This document shows positions 1-12,850 of a stretch of DNA of 64,000 nucleotides, piece after piece (position 1 is the stretch's first letter; every line of letters begins with the position of its first letter). The notes under the pieces were generated by a model, which was given only the letters and a program-made list of their open reading frames with translations, was not told the origin of the DNA and made no database searches. The stretch lies in NCBI RefSeq assembly GCF_018977255.1, contig NW_024704743.1, positions 20,462,001-20,526,000 of the forward strand. The letters are read 5' to 3'. The translations under genes and the position numbers were made by a program. This DNA comes from Callorhinchus milii (Eukaryota).

Positions 1-190
1 ATAATAAAATAATAATAATAATCCTTGCATTTGATGTCGTGCCTTATCACGTCTTCGAGACGTCTGAAAGCGCTTCACAGAATATACTGTAAAGTGAGTT
101 GACTGTATATTATGTGGACGAAACGTGGCAGCCAATTACGCACAGCAGTGTCCCACAAACAGTCGTGGATTGAGTGACCAATTGGTCTCC
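1..190 (-). mobile_element. 3' half of short tRNA-derived SINE with (TTA)n tail
   Basis: Same sequence as copies at 27782-28030 and 40408-40692 (ccttgcatttgat...aaagcgcttcacagaatatactgtaaagtga...gtcccacaaacagtcgtggattga). Confidence 0.85.
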
Positions 191-199
191 AAACCAATT

Positions 200-758
200 A
201 TAATAATCCTTGTACTTCATATAGAGCCTCTTGTGTCAGGAGGACATTTCAAAGTGCTTCACAAGATAAACTATGAAGTATAGTGACTACTTTGTAGATG
301 AAACATGACAGACAATTTGCACTCAGCAGTGTTGGCCAGGATAGTACCATGGGATCTTTGAAGTCCACCTGAACAGGTAGATGGGACTTCATTGTAATGT
401 CTTATCTGAATGATGACACTTCGAACAATGTTGAACACCCCAACACCCCATTGGAGTGTCAGCCCTGATTGTAGGAGTTCAGGAGTTCCTGCCCTGCAGT
501 CTTGTGTGGCGTTCTCCATCGCCTCACCTCTTCCTATGCCTCCTTCAAGGACCATCTCAAGACCTTCCTTTGATTGCACCTTCTGGCATCTTCCCACCTC
601 CACTCCCACCCCTCCCAAATCCAACCCCCAGCTTGGATACAAACTTCAACTGTCCAGCGCCTTAATTTGTTGTTGTTGTTTGAAGCCCCAATATGCAGCT
701 TGAACTCATAATCGTCTGACTCAGGCGAGAGTGCTACCAACTAAGCCACGCTGACACC
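200..758 (-). mobile_element. Degenerate Deu-domain (SacSINE1-like) tRNA SINE, interrupted at ~490-680 by an L2 3' fragment on the + strand
   Basis: Deu-type motif catgggatcttt..gtccacctgaacagg..gatgggac; tRNA-like head (tctgactcaggcgagagtgctaccaactaagcca) at ~715-750. The insert ends in (TTG)n. Confidence 0.8.
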
Positions 759-859
759 TGATCTTTTTCTATCTCCCTAGAGGTTGGTGGTCAAATCTAC
801 TTTGTCATTTTGATATTATTACTTTTTGTTTCCCCTATTTGTTACCTTTAGACTTTCTT

Positions 860-1325
860 TTCAAGCATATCAACTTTATGATCGTCATCCTTACCTTCAA
901 ATGCTTCCATGGTCTTGCCCCCCTTATCTCTATGATATCCTACACCCCTCCTGCCTTTACCTTCAACAATCCAGCGGCTTAGGACATCCTCCTGAAGTGA
1001 AGGGTGCTATATAAATGCAATTTTTTCTTGTTGTTCAAAGTCCTAACGTGCGTCTTGAACCCATATTCTTCCTGCACTCTGCTACCTCTGGTTTGCTTCA
1101 TGGCCACAGTCTGGTCAGCCTTCTGGAACTGTCTTCTGAAATCCCTCCACTGCATCCCGCCCTCTCATGTTTTCAAAACCCGTGCAAAGACATCTGTTTG
1201 TCGAGCCTTTGGCCACTTCCCCCTCTCCTTCATCTCTTTCCCAGCTTGGGTCACCATTCAGTCATTGTAAAGCAATTTGAGACATTCTCTCAGGTCAAAT
1301 ATGTATAAAAATGTAAATTGTTGTT
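860..1325 (+). mobile_element. Old L2-clade LINE 3' fragment(s)
   Basis: ccttcaaatgcttccatggtcttgcccccc..., ccttctggaact..., tail gtaaagcaatttgagac...tataaaaatgtaaattgttgtt; similar to 18490-19595. Confidence 0.7.
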
Positions 1326-2574
1326 AGTGTTGTTTTCTGCAAAGAGGCATCCCTTTTCTATGTGCGTAGCGTGTTGTTTCACAATCAAATAAATAGTGCC
1401 TAATAGTGCCTCTTATGAAAACCAGTTGCGTAGCATAGGGAGTGGGTGGGGGAGTAGAACCATATGAGACCACAGAGGTAGGGGTGGGGCAATGATGTGG
1501 AGGCATTTCAAAGTTAGGATCTTAATCAATTTCTGTGGGGGAGTGGGAACCCGTGGAGCCTGGTAAGGATTGGGTGATGGGCTTACAAAGTTTGTTATGA
1601 GAAAGGATAAAGGCTGCAGAGTTTGGGATGATTTGTAGTTTCCTGAGGGCTGAGTTGGAAGGTGATGGAGAAGTCAAATCTGAAGGTGACAAATGCTGGG
1701 ATGAGAGTTTTGGCAGCATGTCATAACATTCAAATTACCACATTTTTAATTTTACACTCTTGTGCTACATTGAACATATTTATCCTTGCATTTTATTGTA
1801 AGCAGTTTGTTTTAATATTGGATAGCGCCCGGTGTATAAACATAAAATTTATAATAATAATCCTTGCATTTTGATACAGCGCCCCATCACGTCTCCAAGA
1901 TGTCCCAAAGTGCTTCACAGAATACAAGTTTAAAGATGAGTGTGTCCTGCTCTGCTGCTTTAGTTGGTATCTTGCATAATGCAAGGTGCAAGTTGTTTGT
2001 TTCCTGACGGCATATTGGATAAGCATTATGTTGTAAAGAAAAGAAGCTTATAAATTCAAATCGTGATTTGTGCTGAGATAGTTAACTTTAGCTAGGGGAG
2101 CATTTTGAGCACTATAATTCACCAGTGATCCCTGGACGAAGGAGGGGGAACAAATTCAGCCAATTTTCCCACATTTTGCTACCCATTGATTCTTGTTGGA
2201 ATATTTGGGGAGGTTGATGCTGAGTGAGGCTTGGGTTTAGCTATGATGACCACTGTAGTCAAATAGTTTGCCGACACTGACACATGAAAAATAGACACTT
2301 GGGTCATTTGTTCTTAAAGCAGTAGGTACCATGGAATCATGCCCCAGCAAGGAGATTTCAAGAGGTGAGATGGAAGAATAAGGAGGGGAGTAAAATGGTA
2401 ACGTGGTAATAAAAATCCTGAAGAATTTTGTTCCCACATCTCTTTGGCTAGGTGGAATTTTCAGGCTTCTAGTACCTCTAGAGCTACTTTTAAAAACGCA
2501 CACACACACACACACACAAGCTATTGGATAGTCCTTAGGAATTACAATTTTTGGCAAAAGAATCAAAGGGGAGA

Positions 2575-2810
2575 TAAGGAGAATTTTCTTTATGCAGCGA
2601 GTTGTTACAATCTGAAATTCATTGCCTCACAGGATGGTGGAAGCAGATTCAATAATAACTTTCAAAAGGGAATTGGATAGATACTTGAAAAGAAAAAAGT
2701 TGCAAAGCTATGGGGAAAGAGCGGGGGAGCGGGACTAATTGGATAGCTCTTTTAAAGAACCGACACAGGCACGATGGGCCAAATGGCCTTCTGTGCTGTA
2801 GGTTTCTATG
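2575..2810 (+). mobile_element. CR1-clade (HER1-like) LINE 3' end
   Basis: ggtggaagcagattcaataataactttcaaaagggaattggatagatacttg...gggaaagagcgggggag...gatgggccaaatggccttctgtgctgta...ttctatg; reverse-complement copy at 36935-37140. Confidence 0.85.
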
Positions 2811-3304
2811 AAAAATGGCAAAGGTTTATGATGTTTGTTGTCTTTATCAAGATGATAAATCAGTGCTCGGGATTGAAACTTTTTTCAACAGGTCAGATAT
2901 ATTTTGCTTTATTCCTATTAGTGCTGAATATACGCTAGGCTGCTGTACATATCCACCAGTCGCTCACTCATACTCACTGACAATCCTCACTTTTAAACCT
3001 AAAAGGGTCATTTCAGCCAAGCTCAATTTAGTTCTTAACTGACAGCAAAGTGCAGGCAATTTCCAGAATGGGTGGGGGTGGTCCGTGGCTAATGATCAGG
3101 TACAGGAACCCTGGCTTATTCCTCTCCCTCCATTGGGAAAATCTGAATCCACATTGTCAAAGTCTCCATGCTTAGCAGAAAGAGGAATTTCAGCCATTAT
3201 ATTGTTTATATAGAATTTCTCCCACTTAAGATAATTAATCCACAAATTATTATGAACTACTGTACTGTCTTATACAGTAACACTTCTCTGTCCCTCTCTC
3301 CTAG

Positions 3305-3471
3305 GTGTGATGTCTCTTTTGAGGCCTCTTTTATTAGATGTGGTTCCAACCATTCAGCAGACAGCAGCCCTGGCACTGGGACGGTTGGCCAATTACAACG
3401 ATGATCTGGCTGAGGCTGTTGTTAAGGGAGACATTCTTCCGCAGCTAGTGTATTCATTGGCAGAACAAAAT
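3305..3471 (+). CDS. SPAG6: SPAG6 coding exon (equivalent to human exon 3), 167 nt; first exon visible in window
   Basis: Pyrimidine tract + CTAG acceptor ending 3304, GTAAGA donor at 3472. Translates (G)VMSLLRPLLLDVVPTIQQTAALALGRLANYNDDLAEAVVKGDILPQLVYSLAEQN, recognised as the SPAG6 ARM repeat region. Confidence 0.97.
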
Positions 3472-4521
3472 GTAAGACCTCATATTTCCTTCGCACTGAG
3501 ATTAAAAAAGAGTACTTTGCAGTTTTTCACTCCCAAAAAGTGAAAGCATGCATAAAATGAATGTATCCATGCATTACTACTGATGATTTGTTTTCCAAAT
3601 GTTAGTTGGTCTTGTTTTTTTGTTCCCCCCCCCATTGAAGGAAGGAATCCCCTTTAAAACAGCATAAATTACCTGCACCAAATCTTTGCACATTGGCTTT
3701 TAGTTTGTCAGGCAGCTGTGAGACAGTGGTTAGCTGGGATCACTGAGGGCACCAGCAGATTAGTGCGGGGTCACAAAAGACCTATCATACTTTAGTGACT
3801 GAGGGCAAGTGAAGGAAGCTAATTAGCCAGTTCATGTAGAGTTTAGCTGCACATGCAAGCAATCTGGTTGTCCCTTGGGCAAAACTACCTTCCTGACTTT
3901 AACGTTGATGATTGCAGTGATGACACACTATTTCTAACCTGTTTAGAAAAGAAGCTTATTAAATTCCCATCTTCACCCATTTCAAACGTAGTAATAATTT
4001 TTCACTTGTTGGAAGCAGCTGCAATTTTTAAAATTAAAATTCTATTGCATTTTCTTTGAAAATGAACAAATGCCCCAATATACTGAATAACAATATGAAC
4101 TGGTTATCCGTATATGGAAACCGAATCGTTTAACCTTTTTAATTGCAAAGTATTATATGTGATTGGTTTGACTTTTGTATACCACTCGTACGAGCATCAC
4201 CAAACATTGCTGTTGTTTCTGGAGCAATGTGAAAGCTCTGATTGCTTCACCTTGCCGTATAATGAGACAAGGACACCATTTAAAGTAGTTTGAGGTAATT
4301 ATGTCATTTTGTAAGTTGAATTATACCACTTTAATTGTTTTTACTGTTTTTACAAAAGTTTGAAAAATTGAAATTGTCCTTGAACAAAATATACAAATCG
4401 TATTTCACAGTAATGTTGTGGTGTGTTTTTTTAAATAGGGAAACATACTTTTTTTCTGAAATTAAGCTTCTTAGCTTGTAATTGGATGTATGCGTTATTA
4501 AATACATCCATTTTTATAAAG

Positions 4522-4705
4522 CGTTTCTACAAGAAAGCTGCAGCTTTTGTATTGAGGGCTGTTGCCAAACACTCGCCTCAACTAGCCCAGGCAGTGGTGG
4601 ATTGTGGAGCCCTGGATGCACTGGTGGTCTGTCTGGAGGAGTTTGATCCTGGGGTGAAGGAAGCTGCAGCATGGGCATTGGGATACATTGCACGTCACAA
4701 TGCAG
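4522..4705 (+). CDS. SPAG6: SPAG6 coding exon (exon 4 equivalent), 184 nt
   Basis: AAG acceptor ending 4521, GTGAGA donor at 4706. RFYKKAAAFVLRAVAKHSPQLAQAVVDCGALDALVVCLEEFDPGVKEAAAWALGYIARHNA; phase 0 in, phase 1 out. Confidence 0.97.
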
Positions 4706-5569
4706 GTGAGAAACACATGGACATTTAAAATCATCTAACTCTTCTGAGCTGCTATATTCAGTTTCTATGACAACACAAGGGAAAGAAGCCAGCTTGGCAA
4801 CCCTCCACTACTGCAAACAGAACAATTTTCTGAAATGTTGCAATTTGGGCATGAAGAACGTGTCCCAGGTTTTGTCTGGTTCTGAACCAGTCTATTACTA
4901 GTTCTGTCTTTCAGTGAAAGGACAATGTTCCTTTTGTTAATCAAGCAGCAAGCAAACACTGTATGACTTTTCCCAGCTTGAACCTCATCATGATATTCTG
5001 ACCATGCATTTGATTTACATGTACCCATTTTCTTGGCACTTCTAAAGCAGGCTGACCTATAATCTGATCTCTATTTGATAATACAAATTGCACACATTTT
5101 GAATGCTGACCTAGTGCTGTTTTCAACTCGATCTACTAACAGGTAAGTTTCACTTTGATGCTGATTTGGGTAAACAATGTTAAAATGCTAAGCATTTCTT
5201 GGTCGTGCCTGCTCCATGCTGCCTACCCATCATTCTGGCAGCTTGTAATAAAACTCAATGGTTTCTCAGAAAAAAATATTTGCACATACACATCATGCCA
5301 TTTGGAGGTCTGCGTGCACTAAAAACAAATTAAAGTTATGAAACTAACTCCTTTGAGAAACAAATAATATCAACATGTAAATCTATTTAATTCACATGTG
5401 GAAGTGTAACTGTTGAGCTCAAACTTTTATGTAGACATGGTTTATAGTACAGTACTGTGTTACACTGCCCATATGATAAAAATATGGCCCATGGAATGAG
5501 TCTGGGAGATCACAGGCTTCATAGTTTTAGGTAGAGATTCAATTCAATACACAAACATCTTAAAAACAT

Positions 5570-5742
5570 AAAATAAAAATAATAATTTGGACACTCCATC
5601 CACGACTGTTTGTGGGACACTGCTGTGCTCAATTGGCTGCCGTGTTTCGGTGAATATAGTGAATCTACTGTAAATTCACTGTACAGTATATTCTGTGAAG
5701 CGCTTGATAAGGTGCTATATCACATGCAAGGATTATTATATA
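5570..5742 (+). mobile_element. 3' half of short tRNA SINE
   Basis: atccacgactgtttgtgggacactgctgtg..aattggctgcc...tgtgaagcgctt...atgcaaggattatta. Confidence 0.8.
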
Positions 5743-8700
5743 TTATCAGCAAAATGTCTCAAAGTACTTTGAAAGATTTATTGTGAATTGTAATGTCTCC
5801 AGTTAACTTGTTCAAATTAATATTCTGACAATGTATTTGTGTGGAATAGCAGTTTGTGGGTTTAGATGTTGACTAATGACATTTGCTGCTGCTTCAATTC
5901 TTTTTTTAAAAAAGGCCTTTTTTTCCCTTTATGTCATTTAATGTAAGCACATGGCTTTAACACTTGGTTAACAGTTTTTTGAGGATTAGAGGAAATTGCC
6001 TTATATTGTTTAAACCGGGACTGATCTGTCAGGGGCTCAGCATTTTTCAGAGTACTGTGAGCCTGCATATGAAATCCAGTATTAGTTGCCTACTCTGCAG
6101 TACCACTCTTTGTTCTCTGACAATTCTATGCTTCTGCAGTCGTAATGCAAAGGGAATGGAAATTGCTGGATTTTATCTTCAGATTGGGAGCTTGTTCTCT
6201 TTACAAATTACAGAAGGCAACTAGGTGATTATGGATGTAGTGAAGTTGAGATTTTCAGTTACGATAGTTTAATAGTTATTAACTATCGCTACCACCTGAT
6301 TGTGATTTTTACTCTTAAAATTCACTTGCTATGTCCAATTGTGCAGTGAACATTGAATAACTCAAACACCAACATGTAAGTGGAACTGTTTGGCCCATCA
6401 AGTCTGACTGATGTTTTCAGCCACATGACCCACATAACCTAGTTCCATTTTCCTGCTTGTTTCCCATATTCTTTAATATTACTCTTTTTGAACCTATTTA
6501 ATTTCTTTTAAAATAATTTATGGATTCAGCTTCAGCAACATTAAAACCAAGTGAAGTGATTGAAGTTACAATGCTTTGTTCCAGTCCTACATTAGATTAG
6601 TTTGAATTATGTTGCATTTAAACCTCTTTAAGGTTGTTTGATGAGACAAATTCACTTTTAAGGTTTACTTTTATGTTTATTGTTTATGGTATGTGGAAAA
6701 TATGTTTGAATAAAAAGCTCAAGATCAAACTTCCACCTAATCTTAGCTGGTAAAAGCATTTGTCTTAAAATTTAATATCAAGCATTATTCTGGAAAATTC
6801 TTCGATTTAGTCTTAATTTGGAAGCCACTGTTTTAAGAACTGTGATTGGGAAACTTAGATGTCAAGGTGCCTGGCTCAGTTGGTAGTTCTCGAGATTGTT
6901 CAGGAATTGATTACTTTCTTTCCATGAATTACAAAACTGAATTTATGTCATGTCTTTTTGGCTAACATGGAAACTGTAGGAATTACTTTTTGGGAAGGGA
7001 GAAAAAAAAAGTTAAAAATTGTTAATAATAATAATTAAATATTTGTTACATGTACATCAAAGCTCAGAAGCCCTAGATCAGGCTCCCAGGCAGCTGTGTG
7101 AAGCACTTTGAGACATTCTCCTGACATGAAAGGCGATATATAAATGTAACTTAAACACTTCATTTCTTCTGGTCTTTATATGCGAAAAAAAATATTTCTT
7201 CAATTCTTCTAGGGCCCCACTCCACTTCAAGGGCAAACCAGTGGGTACATATTCAGTTGCTGGGTGAATTGTTAAAGCTAGCTTCTAGAAGTGTTGATTC
7301 ATTTTTTTTAATGTTTTAATGTTTGATTAGTTCCCCTTGTGGGGAAGTGCATCCCCCTCAGGGGTACCTACTGAGATCATGATTGTACAAATGCCGCACT
7401 TTGTGTTGAAAATGTCAATGTTTCTATTAGGAACTAGTATTTGGGGATAGAGACTCCTAACCATGCTGAGCATATTGAAATGACCATATTTGGGACATTA
7501 TGATACCAGAATGATGTCTTTGTGATACCCGCACACTTGTGTTCAGTTTTTGTGCTCATGGTAGATTAGTGTGGCTTTGCTGATTGTGAAGAGATGATCT
7601 TGGCCTGTGGCAGGGCTTGATCTGACAGGGTAGATCTTTCATTGGATTTTTGAGGCATTTGTGTGCATTCTTCATCAAGGTCACACAACATTTTTACAAG
7701 TGCTTAACTGTTCTGCCAGGGAAATGTTGTGTGTCGGCTCTGGTCTAAGGTTAACAAACGTTCCGAGGAGCAGTTGAGAAGCTTGTCCTGGTGTGTTTTT
7801 GTTATTGCTGTCAGAAATAGGCCAGTTCAGTGTGTTTATCCTACTCATGTTTTTCAAGTCTGTTTTTAACCACAGACATACCATAAAACCAGATTCAGCA
7901 GTGAACTTATGGTGCATGTGTAAATTAATTTTGCACAGTTTTACTAGATTGTATGCTTTGAAAGAAGCTTGAGAAATAAGGCATTCTTCTGTTTTACTAT
8001 TTATTGTAAATGGGTTACAGTTTTCATAATTTTGTATGGAAGAAGGTCTATAAATGTCTGCTGCTCCCAAATCAACATTGTTGAGAGAATGAAAGCGGTC
8101 ACTTAAGTGCATACACATTGCCGGCAATGTTTTTTTTATCTTGTGGGGTGGTTGGGGCCCCCTTCCTTCCTGGGTCCAAAGGTTTATCCTGCTTTTCACT
8201 CCCCTTTCCCTTCCCCCGCCTTCCTTTGACAGCCATGCCCTGAACTGTCCTCCTTTGCAAAATTTAGGAGGGAAAACATTTTTAGCTGGCACTGTATCAA
8301 AAGTAACTCTATTGCTTTTAGAATCAGCGGGGCTCAAGATACTGGCAGTGTACTGTAATAATTTGTTTATACTTATTGAAGAGTATTTGATTGGTATAAG
8401 GTTGAACAAAGAAATTGTTCACAAACATTTGAGAAACTGTAGATGATGTTTTTCCCACATAAAAGTGTTGAGGTTCCTCAATATTTTTTTCATTTAGGAG
8501 CTTAAATAAAACCTGTATGTGAAAACAATGATGTAGAAGAATTTAACTTTTTGGCAGTAGGGATTGTTAATATGAAGTAGTTTCTTGGTTTATGACACTG
8601 AGTGGTTGTTCACCATCCCTGGTTTCTGTCTCCATTTTTACAATTTTTTGCTAAAATCAATATTGATTTACATAAAGTTCTTTTTTAAAATTACATTTTG

Positions 8701-8990
8701 TGCATATTATAGGAAGGAATGTGAGTCCTGAATAATGGAAAGTTGTTTACATTTGGCATCTAGTATCAGCATTTAGCATTCTCATGCCAGTTTACATAAT
8801 AAACTTCCCTAACAGTGCTGAATCCAAAGGTCAGGAAAGAACTTCTATTGCACCAGTCTGAATTTATGCTTTTTCTTACTAGCCAACCTCAAGGTTTCTT
8901 TGAGTGAGATTTCCAGTTTGTAGGAAACTTTTGTTGGCATACACTCATTCCAAACTGAGTTGAGACTGCCCAAGCTCTTTCATATACAGA

Positions 8991-9099
8991 CAGGATGTCC
9001 AAAAAATTGTGATATCTACCCTATTATCTTAAAAAAATCATAATTTCTTTAAGATTTATTAAATAATTGTAATGGTATCCTGACTTTTTGGTCACCCTG
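8991..9099. mobile_element. Tc1/mariner-type MITE (~110 bp)
   Basis: Imperfect terminal inverted repeats: caggatgtccaaaaaattgtgata vs reverse complement of right end cagggtgaccaaaaagtcaggata; TA follows the right end. Confidence 0.6.
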
Positions 9100-9989
9100 T
9101 ATGTATGTAATGATTCTTCCATTAGTCTGGTCTGGATTAATATCTAGGTCCTATCAACTAGTGCTGGATTAAAATCCAGGTTTTATCACTTTGGGCTGGA
9201 CTAAAAACTCGGTAAGAGATGTCTTAAAACTCAGCCCATCAATCAGGATTGGATTAATTCCCATGCTTTTTAGACGTGACATTCAGTACGGCTACAAAAT
9301 ACACAGTTACGCCACCTTACAGTATATCATGTGAAGCTCTTTGAGACTTAGTGAAAGACTCTGTATCAAATGTAAGTATTATTATTTACTGGTATGGTAA
9401 ATTGGGAATACAATATCCTGATTTTTACCACATGTTCATAAATAAAGTAATCACAATTAAAATACTAGAAGAATGGCCCACGGATTCTCATGGCCCATTT
9501 ATGTTTAAAAAAAACTTCCCGAAAAGATACTTGGTCCATCCAGTGCTCTGCTACTCTGCTTTTAATTTAATTTTGAGTTCCTTTCCCAATGGTAAAGGTC
9601 CATGTAGGTGAGCAGAAATCTACTGGCTTTCCTGTCTGAAAGGAATTGGATGAGAACACCAGCTGATCAGCTCCCCTGAACTTTTGCCATCTCTGATCAC
9701 ATACTTGTTTATATTGGAGACCAAGGCAGCACTACTGTTGGAAATGTCCCTGTAACATTATATTTGGAATGAATGGCACCCCGAACAGCACTTATATTAA
9801 GACTTTGGCAAGATATAATGTTAACGGGGTATAAAAGAGCAGTTTAACCCTTGAAGTATAGTTTCTAGATTTAATATTCTTTCTTACAGTATTTAATGTA
9901 TGTATTCTGTATTAAAATGCAAACCTTCCTTCAAAGTAGAACCGTTTACTGTAAAATGTTAGATTTAGCTCTGAGGATATCAAATAATA

Positions 9990-10445
9990 CTAGCATTTGA
10001 TATTGTACCTTTCACATCAGGGAGATGCCTCAAAGAGTTTCACAAGATTTACTGTAGTGACGTCCTCCCGATGTGAAAGACGCTATACAAATGTAATCTT
10101 GTTGTTGCTATTGTATATTTTAAAGGTGATTGGGTAGCCAATTTGAACACAACAATGTCCCACAAACAACCATGAAGCAAATGACCAATTTTATCTGGGG
10201 ATGTTGGTCAGGATGCTTGAAGACATTGCCTTCTCTTTTCTAGTAATGTTATGGGATCTTTATGTCCAACTAAAGAGGGTTAATGTCTCATCCGAAGGAT
10301 GTGTAGTTCCTACAGCACAGCACACGAGCAGCACTGCATTGGAATGTCAGTTTAGACTATGTGAGTTCAAAGTCCTGACATGGGGCTTGGATCCACAGCC
10401 TTTTGACTTAGAGTCAAGAGTTCTACCAACCATGCCAGACTGACC
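9990..10445 (-). mobile_element. Deu-domain tRNA SINE with a short opposite-strand L2 tail inserted at ~10058-10107
   Basis: Tail at ~9990, Deu core (atgggatctttatgtccaac...taatgtctcatccgaagga), head ending ~10445. Confidence 0.8.
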
Positions 10446-10502
10446 CTAAATGACAGGTTTACGAGTAAAAATACATTGATCTGGAAATAATGATGCCCAA
10501 TA

Positions 10503-10770
10503 GGTGTCAGCCTGACTCAGTTTGTAGCCTCAGAATCAGAAGGTTGTGAGTTCAATCCGCGCGTTAAGACTCGACTTCAATAACAACACCAACTTGCACT
10601 TATATAGCGCCCTCCATGCAGGATAGCGTCTCAGAGCGCTTTCATTGCCTAGTGCATTGCTGTAGGAAAACTACATTGTTAGAGGTGCTGTTGTTCAGAT
10701 GAGTCAGCTGACATTTTCGGATTATCTCTCATTAATGGCTATTTGTAGGACTTTGTTGTGCGTTTGCCTA
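10503..10770 (+). mobile_element. Deleted Deu-domain tRNA SINE with a minus-strand L2-type tail inserted at ~10580-10642
   Basis: Head ggtgtcagcctgactcagtttgtagcctcagaatcagaaggttgtgagttcaa; later agaggtgctgttgttcagatgag. Confidence 0.7.
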
Positions 10771-12014
10771 CAAAAATGATATCTATACATGACAATAATT
10801 ATTGTGATGCATGTTGAGATGGTTTGATGTTATAGATCCTCCAAAAACATAAGTTCGTCCTAAGACGGCAGATTGCCAATGCTCTGTGTTTATGGATCTC
10901 TTTCCTGCAGTTGGTTTGCATATTAATAGAGCTGGTGCAAGCATGCAGTAACTGAATCCCTGCTTGTGAATATTAATAAGCAATGTGTGTGTCATTGAGG
11001 TGACTCCATAGAGATACTATACTCATACTAGAAATCAGGGCATTTTCACAGGAAATTTTAAATGTACTGGAGCTGTACCAATATTTCGGCAATAATATAT
11101 CTAAAATGTACTGATTTATTTGTTCCCTTTTACAATTTCAAACTGGCTGCAATTTCTGGCTGCAAATTCTTCCATGAAAATCGTATCCATCTATTTTGCT
11201 AAGGATACTTTTTCATTTTTGCTTGTTGATGAACACATTAATGCCAGTTCTAAACTGGGGTTAATATATCACTTGTCTATGTGCCTCCTTGGCTAAACAA
11301 TCCTGGATGAGTGGCTCTTTAATAGCCTTAAAAAGTAATAAAGTAAATCGTTAGTGTTCCTCGTTTTTCATTACTTTTTTTACACCAGTGTCAGAGTAGT
11401 AGAAAGCCAGGAAGTGCAATGTATCATCCATTAGCTCTATCTCCAGACATTCTGCCCCTGTTTACACACCTTGACCTGTTTTGCGAAATTAGATTTAAAC
11501 ATTGTTGGGCCAGTACTTTTTTAACAAGCCTCTATAAAAGTCTAGGGAAGCCGATTAAATTGAGGTTGAAATTCCAGAGACTGGAAGGTTTTGAATGGAT
11601 CAAATGGTACCAACTACAGTAATTTGGTTGTTTATGCTTTAGAAAGAAGCTTTCAAAAGTTTTCAAATGTACATTGGTTCAGTAATTAACCGTGAATATT
11701 TTTAATTTCTTTGAGGTGACTGATGCTGTTTTTACTGATGCAGTAAAAACAGTTACTGCTTTTAAAAATGTTTACTGCTTACTAAAAAGTTTAGTGCCCT
11801 AAATTTTAAATTTGCTTTCACTTTTCCTTTATTACCCATTCATTTAATATTCAAAATTGTGGGTGTATAAAATGTTTAAAAATGTTTGACATTTTCATAT
11901 TTTAATATATAATTAAGTATATTGAAATGTACATTTAAAAATATGATTATTTTTGCCTTCACGATTTTTTACCCTAAACCTAATAACCTTTTTTCGTGTT
12001 GCAAATTATAATGA

Positions 12015-12850
12015 ACCACAACAATTTATATTTATATACGACTCTTTGCATCAAGAAGCCAACTCAAAGCGATTCATACAACTGGCTGGAAGCTCAAACT
12101 GGGAGGTAGTTGAGTAGGAGATGGGAAAGCATGGTTCAAGAACAAAGTTTTAGATGGGTTTTGAAGGTGGAGGGACTCATCCATCGATGGAAGGGTGGCG
12201 GGTTGGGAGGGTAGAGAGGGAATATAAAACAGGCTGGTGTTTGCTAAGCAGAGGGAGGGAGTACCTAGTACAGTGGCAGACGTAGGGCGAGTCCATGGAG
12301 GCACTTGAAAGTGTAGACAAGAAACTTGAATTCAATCCATTGGGAGATGGGGAGCCATTGGATCCAAATAAGGATGTGCTGCAGAGCCTGGTGCAGGAGA
12401 CGACATAGGTTGCACAGTTGTGGATGGTTTGTGTGGGGAGAAGTTGGGGAACCCAGCGAGCTGACTGTTATAAGAATAATCGAGCCTGAAGCTGATGAAA
12501 GCATGGATGAAGGTTTCAGCACCTCAGGGGGAGAAGTGATAGTGAAGGCAGCCAATATTGCGGTAACGACAATAACAACAACAACAAATTACACTTATAT
12601 AGCGCCCTTCACGTTGGAAAGACGTCCCAGGGCGCTGGACAATCAGTGGGTTTTGGACCTGAGCTGGGAGTTGAGGTCAGGAGTGGTGGAGGGTAAGGTG
12701 GGATGGGAGGGTGGCAGAAGGCACGGTCGAAGAGGAAGGTCTTTAGATGGGACTTGAAGGGGGGTAAGAGAAGGGATGAGGTGGAGGGATTGCACGATAG
12801 AATTCCAGAGTATGGGGCAGAGATGCTGAATGCCCGACCACCAATGGGTT
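12015..12850 (-). mobile_element. Two adjacent L2-clade LINE 3' fragments (~12015-12560 and ~12575-12850)
   Basis: Minus-strand translation contains WLPISQWIEFKFLVYTFKCLHGLA (L2 ORF2 C-terminus); the second fragment has the (CAA)n tail and cccttcacgttggaaagacgtcccagggcgct stem-loop. Confidence 0.85.

Noticed and set aside
1..3304. SPAG6 first coding exons (start codon, ~40 N-terminal residues)
   Set aside because: No matching coding sequence seen; they presumably lie upstream of the window.
7681..8409. 242-aa minus-strand ORF inside the large intron (longest in the track)
   Set aside because: Non-ATG start, no recognisable domain, crosses homopolymer-rich sequence; consistent with a chance open frame.
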